DNA from: an uncultured delta proteobacterium
GTDB taxonomy: Bacteria > Myxococcota_A > Polyangia > Polyangiales > B10-G4
Assembly (NCBI GenBank): GCA_963727445.1
Contig: CAVSGI010000010.1
Span: 256,001 to 320,000, forward strand
Length of the DNA: 64,000 nt
Direction: 5' to 3'
Position numbers and translations under genes: made by a program. This document shows positions 11,506 through 24,273 of the stretch, piece by piece (position 1 is the stretch's first letter; every line of letters begins with the position of its first letter). Under the pieces are notes generated by a model. It was not told the DNA's origin. It ran no database searches and was given only the letters and a program-made list of their open reading frames with translations.

Positions 11506-11777
11506 GAGTCCGTCTCCGCGTCCGAGTCCGTCTCCGCGTCCGCGTCCGCGTTTGTGTCCGTCTCCGTCTCCGCCTGATTCCCCAGATACACCGCCAGCGC
11601 GCCCAGAATCGCCGTGCCGGCGACGCTGCTCAGGAAGAGCACGTCGACGACGCTGCCGACGGAGCTGCAGTTGGCGCTGCGACCGAAGTGCACAGAGAGC
11701 ACCCGGCCTCGGTCGCGGCCGGTGGCCGCTCCAGCTTCGCCCGACGAAGCTAGAGCTCGATCGTCTTTTCGATCCAT
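11502..11777 (-). CDS. Small protein (ANCSSVGS motif, hydrophobic helix, acidic tail); start uncertain (11777 or 11702)
   Basis: RGRVLSVHFGRSANCSSVGSVVDVLFLSSVAGTAILGALAVYLG followed by an E/T/D/A repeat tail; its stop overlaps the radical SAM start. Confidence 0.6.
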   Translation of the reverse strand: MDRKDDRALASSGEAGAATGRDRGRVLSVHFGRSANCSSVGSVVDVLFLSSVAGTAILGALAVYLGNQAETETDTNADADAETDSDAETDS

Positions 11778-13443
11778 CCGACGCGACGGCTGCCGATGCG
11801 GAGCTTCAGGGTGCCCTCGCCGCGGACCGTCCAACTGAGCTTCTTCGCGTTGCTGGAGCCGCTGCCGCGGACGAAGTGAACCGAGGCCTCCCCGCTGTGG
11901 AAGCCGTGGCCCCATCCCTCGAGATGGCCCAGCTCCATCCGTCCGCCGATGGGCGCCAGGATCTCCACGCCGTGCGCTTCGACCTCCGCCCACAGCCCCT
12001 CGTTGTGGTCGAGCTTCTTACCCGCGTGGGTCACGTAGGTGGGCAGATAGCCGACGTTCGAGATGCGCGCGCTGACCACCTTCGCTTCGCCGGCCTGCTG
12101 TGGAGCGTCGACCTCGAGGTCGAGGCGTGGCGCCATCGCCGCCACGCGGAACCACATGGCGCTCTGCTTCTCGCAGACCTCGGCGAGGAGATCGTAGGGC
12201 GGGTTCCAGACGCCCACGCGCGGATCGAGGCCACCGACCTCGACCTCACCCAGCTGTGGATGCTGGATCTCTTCCAGGGCCGCACGACGCGCCCGGCGTT
12301 CACCTCCTGGTCCCACTTTCGGAAGCCCACGATCTCCTTGCGGCCGATCTTGGAGAAGTGGTCCACGAAGCGCTTCGGGCGTTCGTGACCGAGGCGTGCC
12401 CACAGGTCCCACAGCTCGCAGACGTAGGCCATCGCGCCACGCATGGCGTAGGCCCACTCGCTCAGGTCGCCCCGGAGCGGCGTCTCGGGGCTGTAGGTGA
12501 ACTCTTCGAAGCCGCTCACCATCGGGTAGCCGGTGATGTCCTTTGCCCACGCGCCGAGCTGGCGATAGATGGCGAGGTCCCGCGCGTCCATCTTGTTGTC
12601 GGGCCGATCGCCGCAGGGCCGGATGAAGACACCGCCGAAGCAGTGCAGGTTCACCCACGCGCAGATCTCCGGATGATCGATCGCGAAGTCGATCACCGCG
12701 CGCGACTCCACCTCGCTGCCGGGATAGTCGCCCGCACCCACCTGCTCGTGCTCGGGCGCCCAGTCGAAGGGGAAGTTGCGGTTCAGATCGGGATAGGTGT
12801 CATCGTAGAGCTGCGGGTCCGGGATGTCCCGTCCGTTCCAGTTCGCGATCACCGCCTCGGCGAAGACGCGGTAGTAGGGCGGCGGGTCTTCGATCTCCCG
12901 AGGCGCCATCATCCCGTCCACCTCGACGTACTCGCCGGCGGGATCCTCGATCCGCATGAGCAGCGACGCGCCGTCGCCGTCGAGGTCCTGCGCCCGCCAG
13001 TAGGGCGCCGACTTCCCCTCGCGGCCCGTCTTCGGCACCGAACGGACCCATCTGCCGACGTTGAGGACCTCCTCCGCACCGTCCGGCGAGATGCGCGGGA
13101 GCACGAAGAGCTTCACCCCCCGCAGGAACTCGAGCACGTGCGGGGGCAGGCCGTGCATCGCGCCGTCCTCGGTGTGAAGCCGGATGAAGTCTTCGGCGAT
13201 GGAGAGAGCCACCGACGAGCCTGCGAGCTCCGAGGCATGCATGTTCCCGTCGACCCAGACCGCCGGACGCGTGACGTCCGGATCGGGACCGATGGTGAGC
13301 AGCCAGATGTCGCGACCCTCGGCGGTCACCGCCAGCGACTCGAGGCGCACCACGTCCGGGTGCGCCTCGGCCCAGGCCTTCACCTGCGCCGTCAGCTCTT
13401 CGTGATCGAGGTACTTCTGCCGGAACCCCGTCCCTTCGCTCAT
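11750..13443 (-). CDS. M14 zinc carboxypeptidase (frameshift near 12270)
   Basis: DGNMHASE (HxxE), DLNRNFP, NLHCFGG in ORF 12031-13443; C-terminus continues in ORF 11750-12658. Confidence 0.85.
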
Positions 13444-13462
13444 GCGAGGAACGGTACCAGAA

Positions 13463-14891
<1,429 letters not shown>

Positions 14892-15114
14892 GCCACTCAA
14901 GTTAGTGCGATCACGAGCAAAAGCGTCCCCCTCCCAGTGTGGTGACTCACGTGTCGGCGCTCAGGCTCTCGAAGAAGGCGGAGCGCCACCGAAACGGAGC
15001 CGCGCCGTAGCGCGGCATTTGCCGCGTGAAGGGGCCGCGCAGCGCAGGTGGCGCGGCGCTGGGAGTGCGCTAACGTGTCGAGGCTCACGCGCACACACTC
15101 ACACCGAGCTTGGC

Positions 15115-16773
15115 TCAGCAGCGCGTCCAGTCGAAGATCGGGCGGTCGGGCTCGCCGTACTTCGTGAGCGCGCCCTGTGGGCCGACCGCGTTCGGGCGCT
15201 GGAAGATCCAGTTCTGCCACGCCGACAGGCGCGCGAAGATCTTGCTCTCGAGCGGTCTCGGGGCCGGGGAAACGCAGGCTCGCCTCCATCCCGGTCAGCG
15301 CATCGGGGCTCAGGCTCACGCGCTCCTCGATGGCGATGCGCACGTCGTCTTCCCAGTCGATGTCGTCGGCGGCGACGGTGATCAGGCCGAGCTCCTCGGC
15401 GTCCTCGGTGGCGATGCGCCTCGCCCGCTCGAGCACCTGCCCGACCTGCTCCGGGCGCGCCGAGAAGCGGGCCGGCGAGGCGCGAGAGGCCGTGGCTCAT
15501 CGGAAAGCGACCGCCGTTGTGGGCTCCGGCCGGACCGCGACCTCACCGTCGTCGTCCTGGAGCATGTAGCTGCGGTCGGCGGCGAGCGCGAGCTCGAAGA
15601 GCGAGCCGGCGAAGCAGGAGCCTTCGTCGACGAGCGCGAAGAAGCTCTTCGCGGTGTAGGTCGAGGCGGCGGAGCACCCGCGCCTGCAGCCGCAGGATCT
15701 CGTTCGCGAGCCAGTGCTCTGCGGTTGTCGCAAGAGCGCTCTGGTCGGCCGCGAGGACCGCCTCCGCGTCGCCGCGGGTCCGAACGACCACCAGGCCGAT
15801 GTCGCCGTGGTTGACCCGCAGTCGCAAGAGCGCGTCGTCGAGCTCGCGGAACGCGCGGAGCGACCACTGCGTCGGCGCCCGCCTTCTGGATCTGCTCGGC
15901 GCTCTCGGGCTGCGCGTCGCTCGGAGCGCTGATCGTGAGCACGGCGGTGCGCTTGCTCGGGTCGACCGAGAGCTGCACGTGTCGATAGGCGACGGTGGTC
16001 ACGCCTTCGTCGCTCGTCTCGACCTTCGGCTCGAGGGGGCCGAGGACGATGCCCTGACCCTTCGTCAGCCCTTCGCTCTGCTTCGACAGGAGCGCTGCCC
16101 GCTCGGCGATGGCGTCGTCGAACTTGCTACGCGGCGCGATCGCGTCGACCAGGCCCCACTCGACGGCGCGCTTTCCGCGGATGCCCTCCTCGGTCGTGCA
16201 GAAGACGTCCGCGCGGTCTCGGCGCACCTTGCGCTTGTCGACCAGCCGAGTGAGCCCGCCGGTGCCCGGCAGCACGGCGAGGAGCGGCACCTCGGGCAGG
16301 CTCACCGCGCTCGACCCGTCGTCGATGAGGAGCACCTCGTCGCACGCCATCGCGAGCTCGTAGCCGCCGCCCGCGCACGGCCCCGCGACCGCCGCGAGGT
16401 ACTTCTGGCCGCTGTGCCTGGAGGCGTCCTCGATGTAGAGGCGCGTCTCGTTGGTGAACTTGCAGAAGTTGACCTTGAAGCTGTGGGTGGAGCTGCCGAG
16501 CATCGGGATGTTCGCGCCAGCGCAGAAGCAACGCTCGATGGCGCTGTCGATCACCACCGTGCGCACTTCGGGGTGCTCGAAGCGAAGGCGCTGCACCGCG
16601 TCGGCCAACTCGATGTCGACGCCGAGGTCGTAGCTGTTGAGCTTCAGCTCGTAGTCGTCGCGGAGCCCGCCGTGGAGCTCGACGCCCATCGTCAGGTGGG
16701 CCGTGTGGCCCGTTACCGTGAGCTTCCAGTGCCTGTAGCGATCGGGGTGAGTCTCGAACGAAATCGCGGTCAT
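15115..16773 (-). CDS. boxC: 2,3-epoxybenzoyl-CoA dihydrolase BoxC (multiple frameshifts)
   Basis: FETHPDRYRHWKL, KLNSYDLGVDIELADA, KVNFCKFTNETR, LPEVPLLAVLPGTGG, SPDALTGMEASLRF, ends FDWTRC. Confidence 0.92.
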
Positions 16774-16894
16774 GGGGGAGGGACCATACGTCAGCGCTGG
16801 GGCGGCCGGCAGCGCTGGACGTGCGAATCCGCACGATCGGGCGTGGGTGGAGCCGGGTGTTTGCATGGATCTCGAGCCGCCCTAGGTTGATCGG

Positions 16895-17500
16895 GTGAGC
16901 GCGCCCCGCCTCGCCTTCTATTTCGACTACTCGTCGCCCTTCGGCTACCTGGCCTCGGTGGACGTCGCGGATGTCGCCACGCGCCACGGCGCCGAGCTCG
17001 CCTACGAGCCGATCCTCCTCGGCGGCCTCTTCAAGGCCATCGGCACGCCGCTGGTGCCCCTCGCGGAGATGTCCGAGCCCAAGCGCCGCTATCAGAGGCT
17101 CGACATGGAGCGGTGGGCGAAGGAGCGCGGGGTCGAGCTTCGCTGGCCGTCGCGCTTTCCTCTGCGCACCGTGAAGCCGCTTCGCATGACGCTCCTCGCG
17201 GAGGCCGAGAAGCGACCGGCGCTCATCGCCTCGTTGATGCGGGCCTGCTGGGTCGAGGATTGCAATCCCGACGACGACGCGGTGCTGCGCGCCTGTGCGG
17301 AGCGCGCCGGAGCGGAGCCCACCTTGGTGGAGGCGACCCGCAGCGACGCGGCGAAATCCGCCCTTCGCGACAAGACGGAGCGCGCCGTCGGGCGTGGCGT
17401 CTTCGGGGTGCCGACCTTCATCGTCGACGATCAGCTCTTCTGGGGGCAGGATCGTCTGGACTTCGTCGAGCGCGCGCTCGATGGTTGGCGGCCTCTGTGA
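16895..17500 (+). CDS. 2-hydroxychromene-2-carboxylate isomerase / DsbA family protein (second paralog)
   Basis: FYFDYSSPFGYL, GVFGVPTFIV, FWGQDRL. Confidence 0.9.
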   Translation: MSAPRLAFYFDYSSPFGYLASVDVADVATRHGAELAYEPILLGGLFKAIGTPLVPLAEMSEPKRRYQRLDMERWAKERGVELRWPSRFPLRTVKPLRMTLLAEAEKRPALIASLMRACWVEDCNPDDDAVLRACAERAGAEPTLVEATRSDAAKSALRDKTERAVGRGVFGVPTFIVDDQLFWGQDRLDFVERALDGWRPL

Positions 17501-18894
17501 TCGCGTTCCGCATCTTCGGCATCCCCGTTCGGGTCCAGCCCTTCTTCGCCATCCTGGCGGTGTTCCTGGGCTTCGGCCTGGTCGATGGACCGGACGGAAC
17601 GCTCATGATCGAGCGCCTGCTCGCCTGGGTCGCCATCGTGTTCAGCGGCGTGCTGGCGCACGAGCTGGGGCACGCCTTCGCCGGACGGGTCTTTGGCCTC
17701 CGGCCGCGCATCGAGCTCCACGGCTTCGGCGGGCTCACGAGCTGGGACGGGCAGGGCAAGAAGCTCACGCCGACCCGAAGCATCGTCGTCAGTCTGGCGG
17801 GGCCCGGTGTGGGGATCGCCTTCGGCATCGCGGCGTGGATCTCCCTCGCCGCCGTGTTCCCAGGGCATCCCTCCTTTGGCGACTTCCTTCACGTGCCGGG
17901 TCGCGCGTCCTTCGGCGAGTTCTGCCTTCTCGCGGCCTTCTGGGTGAACTTCGGTTGGGGCGTGTTGAACCTCGCCCCCATGCTCCCCCTCGACGGCGGC
18001 AACGTGATGGCCTCCACCTTCGAGCTCTTCGCCGGCCGCTCCGGGATCAAAGCGGCACGCTGGATCTCGCTCGTGCTCGCCGCGGGCCTGGTGCTCCTCT
18101 TCGTCGCGCTGCAGCAGATCTACATGTCCGTGCTACTCGGCTTCCTCGCCTACGCGAACTGGCGCGCGCTTCGTCTCGAGCGGGAGGTCGGCCCCGACCA
18201 GGCGCTGCTCGGTCGGCTGGGTACGGCGCAGCGCCGGCTCGACGCTGGCGACGCACGCGGCGCCGAGATGGACGCTCAGAAGGTCCTGGCTGAAGCCAAG
18301 TCACCCGTCGTCCGCTCCCACGCGCTCACCATCCTCACGCTCGCGCGCCTGGGGCTCGGCGATGCGGCGGGCGCGCGCGCCTGCCTGGACCAGATGCCGC
18401 GCAGCCATCCCCCCGACGTGGGCATCGAGGCCGCGGTGCTGCTGGCCGGCGACGACGCCGACGGTGCGTTCGAGCTTCTCGCCAAGCGACTGAGCGATCG
18501 TCAGGGGCCTTTCGTCGAGCAGCGCTTCCTCGACGCGACCGAGCGCACGGGACGATTCGACGAAGCCGCTGCGGTGCTGGACACGCCTCGCGGTCGGTCG
18601 GTGGACATCTCCATCCTGGAGGCCTTCGAGGAGAAGGCCTATCGCGGCGGCCACCACGCGGCGGCGGCCACCATCGGGCAGGTGCTCTGGGACATCGATC
18701 GCCGTCCGACACGCGCCTACAACGTCGCCTGTTCGCTGAGCCGCGCAGGACGCGCCGAAGAAGCGATGGGCTGGCTCGCGCAGGCGAGAAAGGCAGGTTT
18801 CGACAAGATCGACCTCCTCGATGGCGACGACGACTTGGCCCCGCTTCGGCAGCGCGCGGATTGGGCGGACCTTCGACAGAGCTTCGGGGCCTGA
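17497..18894 (+). CDS. Site-2 (M50) intramembrane metalloprotease with C-terminal TPR region
   Basis: HELGH, NLAPMLPLDGG, several TM helices, C-terminal AYNVACSLSR...DDDLAPLR. Confidence 0.88.
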   Translation: MIAFRIFGIPVRVQPFFAILAVFLGFGLVDGPDGTLMIERLLAWVAIVFSGVLAHELGHAFAGRVFGLRPRIELHGFGGLTSWDGQGKKLTPTRSIVVSLAGPGVGIAFGIAAWISLAAVFPGHPSFGDFLHVPGRASFGEFCLLAAFWVNFGWGVLNLAPMLPLDGGNVMASTFELFAGRSGIKAARWISLVLAAGLVLLFVALQQIYMSVLLGFLAYANWRALRLEREVGPDQALLGRLGTAQRRLDAGDARGAEMDAQKVLAEAKSPVVRSHALTILTLARLGLGDAAGARACLDQMPRSHPPDVGIEAAVLLAGDDADGAFELLAKRLSDRQGPFVEQRFLDATERTGRFDEAAAVLDTPRGRSVDISILEAFEEKAYRGGHHAAAATIGQVLWDIDRRPTRAYNVACSLSRAGRAEEAMGWLAQARKAGFDKIDLLDGDDDLAPLRQRADWADLRQSFGA

Positions 18895-18961
18895 ACCGCG
18901 TCGAAACTCTCTTGGTTTTTTAGAGGTAGGCTCGCTATCATCGCCCGCGGTGAGCAACATC

Positions 18962-20461
18962 ATGCGGAGCGCGGCTATCGCCGCAGTCCTGATGTTCGTG
19001 GGGGGCACCGCCTCTGCCCAGGACGGCCCGGAGGAGCCGGCGGACACCCGCATCGGCTACGGGGACAACGCGCTGCCGGGCTACGGCCGGGTGTTCCTCG
19101 CCCGGCCCACGCCATGGCTCGTGGGCATCGGCGCGAGCGCGGGTTACGGCCTGACCCCCAACGTGCTCGGGATGGACGATACCCATCACCGCATCATGGG
19201 TCGCTTCGCGGCGTCGTTGGCGCCCGTCGACTGGCTCCAGGTCGCTCTCCAGATGGACGGCCGCTACGACAGTCACAGCCTGGCGGGCGGGGCGTCCGAC
19301 GACGGCCTGGTCGGCGATCCGCGGCTGATCCTGCGCGCGGGTGGTGACCTCGGCGGCCTGATCCTCGGCGGTGAGGTCACGCTCTGGGTGCCGGGGGCCG
19401 ACGCGCCCAGCTTGGAGTTCGGTGCAACCACCGTGGACCTGAAGGCATCCGGCGGCTACATGATCACCCCGGACTTCAGCCTCGCGCTCAACGCGGGCTT
19501 CCGGATCGACAACAGCGCGAAGGCGGTCGCCAACGGCGGCAACGATCTCAGCGCTTCCGACCAGATGTCTCTCGGGCTCAGTCAGTGGAACGCCGTGCTC
19601 CTCGGCCTCGGCGGCGCCTATCGCTTCGGGCCCGGCGAGATCTGGGCGGAGTGGTCCTGGGACGTGCTGGTGGGCGACGCGGCGCCGGACATCGGCGCCT
19701 CTCCGATGCGCGTCGACCTCGGCGGTCGCTTCTGGCTCGACTCCGACGGGGCGATCCAGCTTCAGGCCGCCCTCGGCGTCCTGGTCAGCAGCTATCCGAC
19801 ACCCGACATGACCACGGGGCGCCTGCCGCTCATGCCCATCGATCCGCGCTTCCACGCAAACGTGGGGCTCGTCTTCCGCTTCCCGACACCCGCCAAGCCC
19901 TCCGAGGAGATCACTGGCGGTGGCGGCGGTGGCGAAGAAGGTGAAGAGGCAGGGGAGGTCGCGACCGTCAGCGGCCGCGTTCTCGACGCCGGCGGTCAGC
20001 CCGTCGTGGGCGCCACCGTCTCCATCACGCCAGGCCAGGGTGAGGCGCCCGAGCCCGCCACCACCGGCGACGACGGGGGCTTCGAGATCGAAGACGTGCC
20101 GATGGCGCCTGGCGCCACGCTCACCGTGAGCGCGGAGGGCTATCGCGAGTCCACCGAGGCGCTCGACCTGTCGGCTGGCGGCACGGTCACGTCCAACGTC
20201 TCCCTCGAGCGCGACCTGCCGAGCGGCCAGCTCCGCGGCGTGATCCAGTCCTTCCGGGGCCAGCCCATCGCCGCCACCATCCAGGTCACGCCCGGCGACC
20301 ACGAGATCACCGCCGGCGAGGACGGCTCCTTCGAGCTCGACCTCGAGCCCGGCGACTACGAAGTCGTCATCTCCGCCCCCGGCTACGCCAACCAGACCCG
20401 CCCAGTGCAGATCGAGCAGGAAGGCGTGACCATCCTCAACGTCGACCTGCGCCGCGACTAA
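18962..20461 (+). CDS. Secreted/outer-membrane beta-barrel-like protein with carboxypeptidase-regulatory-like domains
   Basis: Signal peptide, alternating beta-strand region, two domains of type VSGRVLDAGGQPVVGATV...G.F and LEPGDYEVVISAPGY. Confidence 0.7.
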   Translation: MRSAAIAAVLMFVGGTASAQDGPEEPADTRIGYGDNALPGYGRVFLARPTPWLVGIGASAGYGLTPNVLGMDDTHHRIMGRFAASLAPVDWLQVALQMDGRYDSHSLAGGASDDGLVGDPRLILRAGGDLGGLILGGEVTLWVPGADAPSLEFGATTVDLKASGGYMITPDFSLALNAGFRIDNSAKAVANGGNDLSASDQMSLGLSQWNAVLLGLGGAYRFGPGEIWAEWSWDVLVGDAAPDIGASPMRVDLGGRFWLDSDGAIQLQAALGVLVSSYPTPDMTTGRLPLMPIDPRFHANVGLVFRFPTPAKPSEEITGGGGGGEEGEEAGEVATVSGRVLDAGGQPVVGATVSITPGQGEAPEPATTGDDGGFEIEDVPMAPGATLTVSAEGYRESTEALDLSAGGTVTSNVSLERDLPSGQLRGVIQSFRGQPIAATIQVTPGDHEITAGEDGSFELDLEPGDYEVVISAPGYANQTRPVQIEQEGVTILNVDLRRD

Positions 20462-20499
20462 TCCGTCGCGTCCCCGCACGCCTCGAGCGGTGGGACGCG

Positions 20500-22180
20500 C
20501 TATTGCGCGGTCACGCGCACCGGGATCCGGAACCGCACGAGCTCGCCCTGGCCGGGGAAAGTGGTGGTGCGGGCGATCTGGGTGATGCAGGCGCCGAGAG
20601 GGGTCGAGCCGACGTTGGCGGGGGCGACGGAGGCGTTCTGGACGGCGCCGTCGGGGGCGAGCGTGATCACGACCTGCACCACGCCGTCCTCGGGCGCGCT
20701 CGCGGGATGGGAGCGGAAGCAGCCCACCACCTCGCCGCGGCGGGCGTTGAAGGCGCGGCTCAGCACCTGGGCGTTCGGTCCGTGCATGCCGGCGTGCGAT
20801 CGGCGGCGCATGCCCTGCGGGTTGGGCTCGCTCGCCTCGCCCGCGTCGACCTCTTCCTCGGCGCCCGTGTCCGGGGGCCGCGCCTCGCTGGCGTCGGCTG
20901 CCGACTCCATGGTGGCGCTCGCATCCTCTTCCGCGCCGCTCTGAACCACGACGAAGGTCTGCTCGTGATCGGAGGAGTCGGCGCCGATGCGATCGACGAG
21001 GATCACCGCCGCCGCCGCGATGGCGGCGGCGCCGATCAGCCCGACCGCGAGCCAGGGCCAGGGTGAGCGCTTCGACGTCGCGGGCGTGCCGTCGTCCAGG
21101 TCGAGCGGAGATCGGGATCCCGCCGTCCGCGACCGTCGGCGGAGAGCTCGACTTCCGAGGCGGCGGATCCGAAGCCACGATGGGCGGGTTGCGCCAGGAT
21201 TCTTCGCGCTCGGCCAGCGAGGGGAAGCTGATCACGTCGGCGATGCGCGGGTCCTTGAAGTCGCGCTGCACCGCCTCGAGCAGGCGCGCCTGCATCTCCT
21301 CTTCGGTGCCGGGGCGCACCTCGCGAAGCGCGGAGGCCAGCTCGGCGGCGTCAGCGAAGCGCGCATCCGGGGTCTTCCCGAGGGCCCTTTCCAGGACCGT
21401 CTGGAGCTTGGGGGAGACGTCGGAGCGCGCGTCGAGGATCGAGGTGGGGGTGTGCTCGAGGACGCGCGAGACGGTGGTGGCGACGTCCTTCGCGCGGAAC
21501 TCGTTTCGACCCACCAGCAGCTCGTGGAGCACCACCGCGCAGGCGTAGGCATCCGAGCTCGGGCTCGGATCCTCGAGGCGGAAGAGCTCCGGGGCGAGGT
21601 AGGGCATCTTGCCCTTGATGGTGCTCTGCTCGGTCTGTTCGGTCTGATCGGTGCTGCGCGCCACGCCGAAGTCGGCGAGCTTCACCAGCCCCTCCACGTC
21701 GATGAGGATGTTCGCTGGCGACACGTCGCGATGCACGATGTGGAGCAGCTCGCCGTCGTCGCCCTTGAGGTTGTGCGCGTAGTGAAGCGCATCGAGCATC
21801 TTGACGATGATGTGAATGATGAGGTCTGGCGGGAACGGACCATGCACCTTCTTGTGGAAGCGATTCCACTGTCCGAGGTGGTAGCCGTGGACGTACTCGA
21901 TGATCATCAAGTAGTCGCCCTTCTCCTCACCGAAGTCGATCACCCCCACCAGTCCGGGATGCCTCAGGCGCGACATCAGTCGTGCCTCGCGCACGAACAT
22001 GCGCGACATGCTCTGGTCGACCATCAGGTCGGAGGCCATGCGCTTGACGACCACCGGCTTGGTGAAGCCTGACGCGCCTTCGCTGCGAGCCAAATACACG
22101 ACGCCCATCCCGCCCTTGGCGAGGGCGCGAACGACTCGGTATCGGCCGAGAACCGTCCGGCCGATCATGGCGTCCTGCAT
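20500..22180 (-). CDS. Ser/Thr protein kinase with TM and AgmX/PglI-like C-terminal domain (frameshift near 21070)
   Basis: GGMGVVYLA, HRDVSPANIL, DFG, GKMPYLAPE; C-terminus in ORF 20500-21006 (VVGCF...LGACI...FP). Confidence 0.88.
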
Positions 22181-22184
22181 GCTC

Positions 22185-24161
22185 TCAGCGACCTCCGGCG
22201 CGACGGAGATAGTAATGGATCCCCGTGCGCGGGTGGGTGATGCGTATCGCGAGGGCGTCGAGGTCGGTGGGAACCGCCACTTCGCCCCCGAAGCGATGGG
22301 CCGAATCTAGCGGCAGGTTCTGGCCGCTGGCGCTCACGGTGCAGCCTGCGACACAGGTGCCCGATACCCGCACCGTGCCGGAAACCGCCGAACCGGGGTC
22401 GGGATCGCGGATGTAGGCCGCGGTGGTCGCGTTGTCGTAGCGGATGTTGACGGTGGTGACCGGCGAGCGGGAGGGGCTCGCCCCGGGGGCCTCGAAGAAC
22501 ACGCGGTGGGTGCCCTCGGAAATCTGTCCGGACTCCAGCGTCTGGCTGGCCGAGCTCGACTCGTAGGTCTCGTCGCCCACGTGCAGCACGTAGCGGCTCG
22601 CCGACGGTGCCTCGCGCCAGCGCACCGTCACGATAGGCAGGATGTTCTGATAGAGCAGGGTGTAACGCCGGCCGTCGGTGTCGACCACGTTGCGTGAAGG
22701 TCGTCGCGGAAGCTGCTGGCGCCCGCTGTCCCGGCGCACGATCAACGTGCCCTGCGCCACCGCGTCGCCAGTCGGCGAGCCACCGCTCGCGCATCGAAGC
22801 CGGTAGCGGTTCGCGCCGGGCGACACCGAGATGTTCGCCTTGCCGTTGCCGAAGCTCCGCATCTGCGGCCGGCGATAGGAACCACCGCGGGCCACCTCGA
22901 CCACGCCCTCGCCGCCGCCGCACTTCTCGCCGAACTGGACCTGCACGTTCACCGTGCCGCCCGGGTAGTGAATCGTCGCGCTCGCGCCTGCGCTCACCGC
23001 CATGTGCGCGCTCGAAGGCGCGCGCCCGGTGATGTCGAGCACGCCGTCGCCGCGGATGATCCCCGAATCCCCGTCGCGGATGCTGTAGCTCTCGGAGCGG
23101 CCCTGGAGCGTCACCGTGCCGCGCCGGGAGGCCACCGTCGCGTTGCCGTTGTTGGCGACGTGCGCCGAGCTCGAAGCGCCGGCGTCGCTGCCGTGGGTGA
23201 CGAAAGCACCGCCGGGCACCTCGACTTTCACGTCGGTCTCGCCTGCGCTCACCGCGGCGCGCCCGTCTCCGACGCGCATGAGCACCTCCGCGCTCGGCCC
23301 CACCGTGACGGCGCCTGGCCCGGTCACGCGCACGCTGCCCCCATCGCGGCTCGCGTCTACCCGCGCGCGCCGACGCAGCCGCAGCCGGCTTCCGCCGGGT
23401 ACGGTCTCGGTGCCGCGCTCGAGGCGGCTCCAGTTGCCTTCATCGTCCTCGATCTCGACGCGGCCTCGGAAGCTGATCGCCACCTCGGGCAGCAGCAGCT
23501 CGCCTGCGTCTCCGTCGCCGTCGGGTCCCGCATCGAGCGGGCCGGTGTCCGGAGGACCGGTGTCGATCTCCTCGATGATCACATCGCCGAGCTCGACGTC
23601 GAGCACGATCTCCTCGCCCTCACCGAGGTCGATGATGTCGCCATCCGCCGACTCGATCCGCGCCGCGCCGATCAGCACCTCCATGGAGAGCTGGCCGTCG
23701 GCGGAGGAGATCAGCATCTCGCCGCCGGAGAGCAGCCGCGCCTCGCCGAAGTTGCCGGCGATGGCCAGACCGCCTTCGCCGGCGGTGACGCGCGCGGCAC
23801 CCATCTCGACCGAGACCCGCCCCTGGTCCGGGTCGTTGGGTGCGGCGGCGAGAAATCGGACGATGGTGTCGGCGTTGAGCTCGAGCCCGCCGCCTCCCGT
23901 GAGCACCACCTTCGCCGACGATTCGCCCTCTGCCGTGCGGACCGCGTCGCCCATGGCAAACTCGGCGCCGGTCTCGGCGGCCTCCCACTGGCCCTCGTTC
24001 GCCGCGAAGTCCCGGGTCACCGTCCCGTGCGTCTCGACAAGCTCCGCGACCGCGCTCTTTCCGCAGCCACATCCCCCGTCGCAGGCACCGAAGGCCGGCA
24101 GTGACAAGAGGGCCAGGATCCACAGGGACAAGGGACGACGGTTGTGGCGCGTTCGTCTCAC
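22185..24161 (-). CDS. Large exported FecR-like domain protein (start uncertain)
   Basis: Signal/lipobox-like segment (LWILALLSLPAFGAC), GDAVRT...SAKVVL...LELNADT FecR-like motif. Confidence 0.65.
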   Translation of the reverse strand: MRRTRHNRRPLSLWILALLSLPAFGACDGGCGCGKSAVAELVETHGTVTRDFAANEGQWEAAETGAEFAMGDAVRTAEGESSAKVVLTGGGGLELNADTIVRFLAAAPNDPDQGRVSVEMGAARVTAGEGGLAIAGNFGEARLLSGGEMLISSADGQLSMEVLIGAARIESADGDIIDLGEGEEIVLDVELGDVIIEEIDTGPPDTGPLDAGPDGDGDAGELLLPEVAISFRGRVEIEDDEGNWSRLERGTETVPGGSRLRLRRRARVDASRDGGSVRVTGPGAVTVGPSAEVLMRVGDGRAAVSAGETDVKVEVPGGAFVTHGSDAGASSSAHVANNGNATVASRRGTVTLQGRSESYSIRDGDSGIIRGDGVLDITGRAPSSAHMAVSAGASATIHYPGGTVNVQVQFGEKCGGGEGVVEVARGGSYRRPQMRSFGNGKANISVSPGANRYRLRCASGGSPTGDAVAQGTLIVRRDSGRQQLPRRPSRNVVDTDGRRYTLLYQNILPIVTVRWREAPSASRYVLHVGDETYESSSASQTLESGQISEGTHRVFFEAPGASPSRSPVTTVNIRYDNATTAAYIRDPDPGSAVSGTVRVSGTCVAGCTVSASGQNLPLDSAHRFGGEVAVPTDLDALAIRITHPRTGIHYYLRRAGGR

Positions 24162-24273
24162 GAGCAGTCGGCGGGCGGGGTCCACCCCCACAACGCGACG
24201 AAACTCTATCGCAAATCCGCACTGAATAAGTGATTTTTGGCGGTCCCACAGGGATCTATTTGCATTCATGCGA

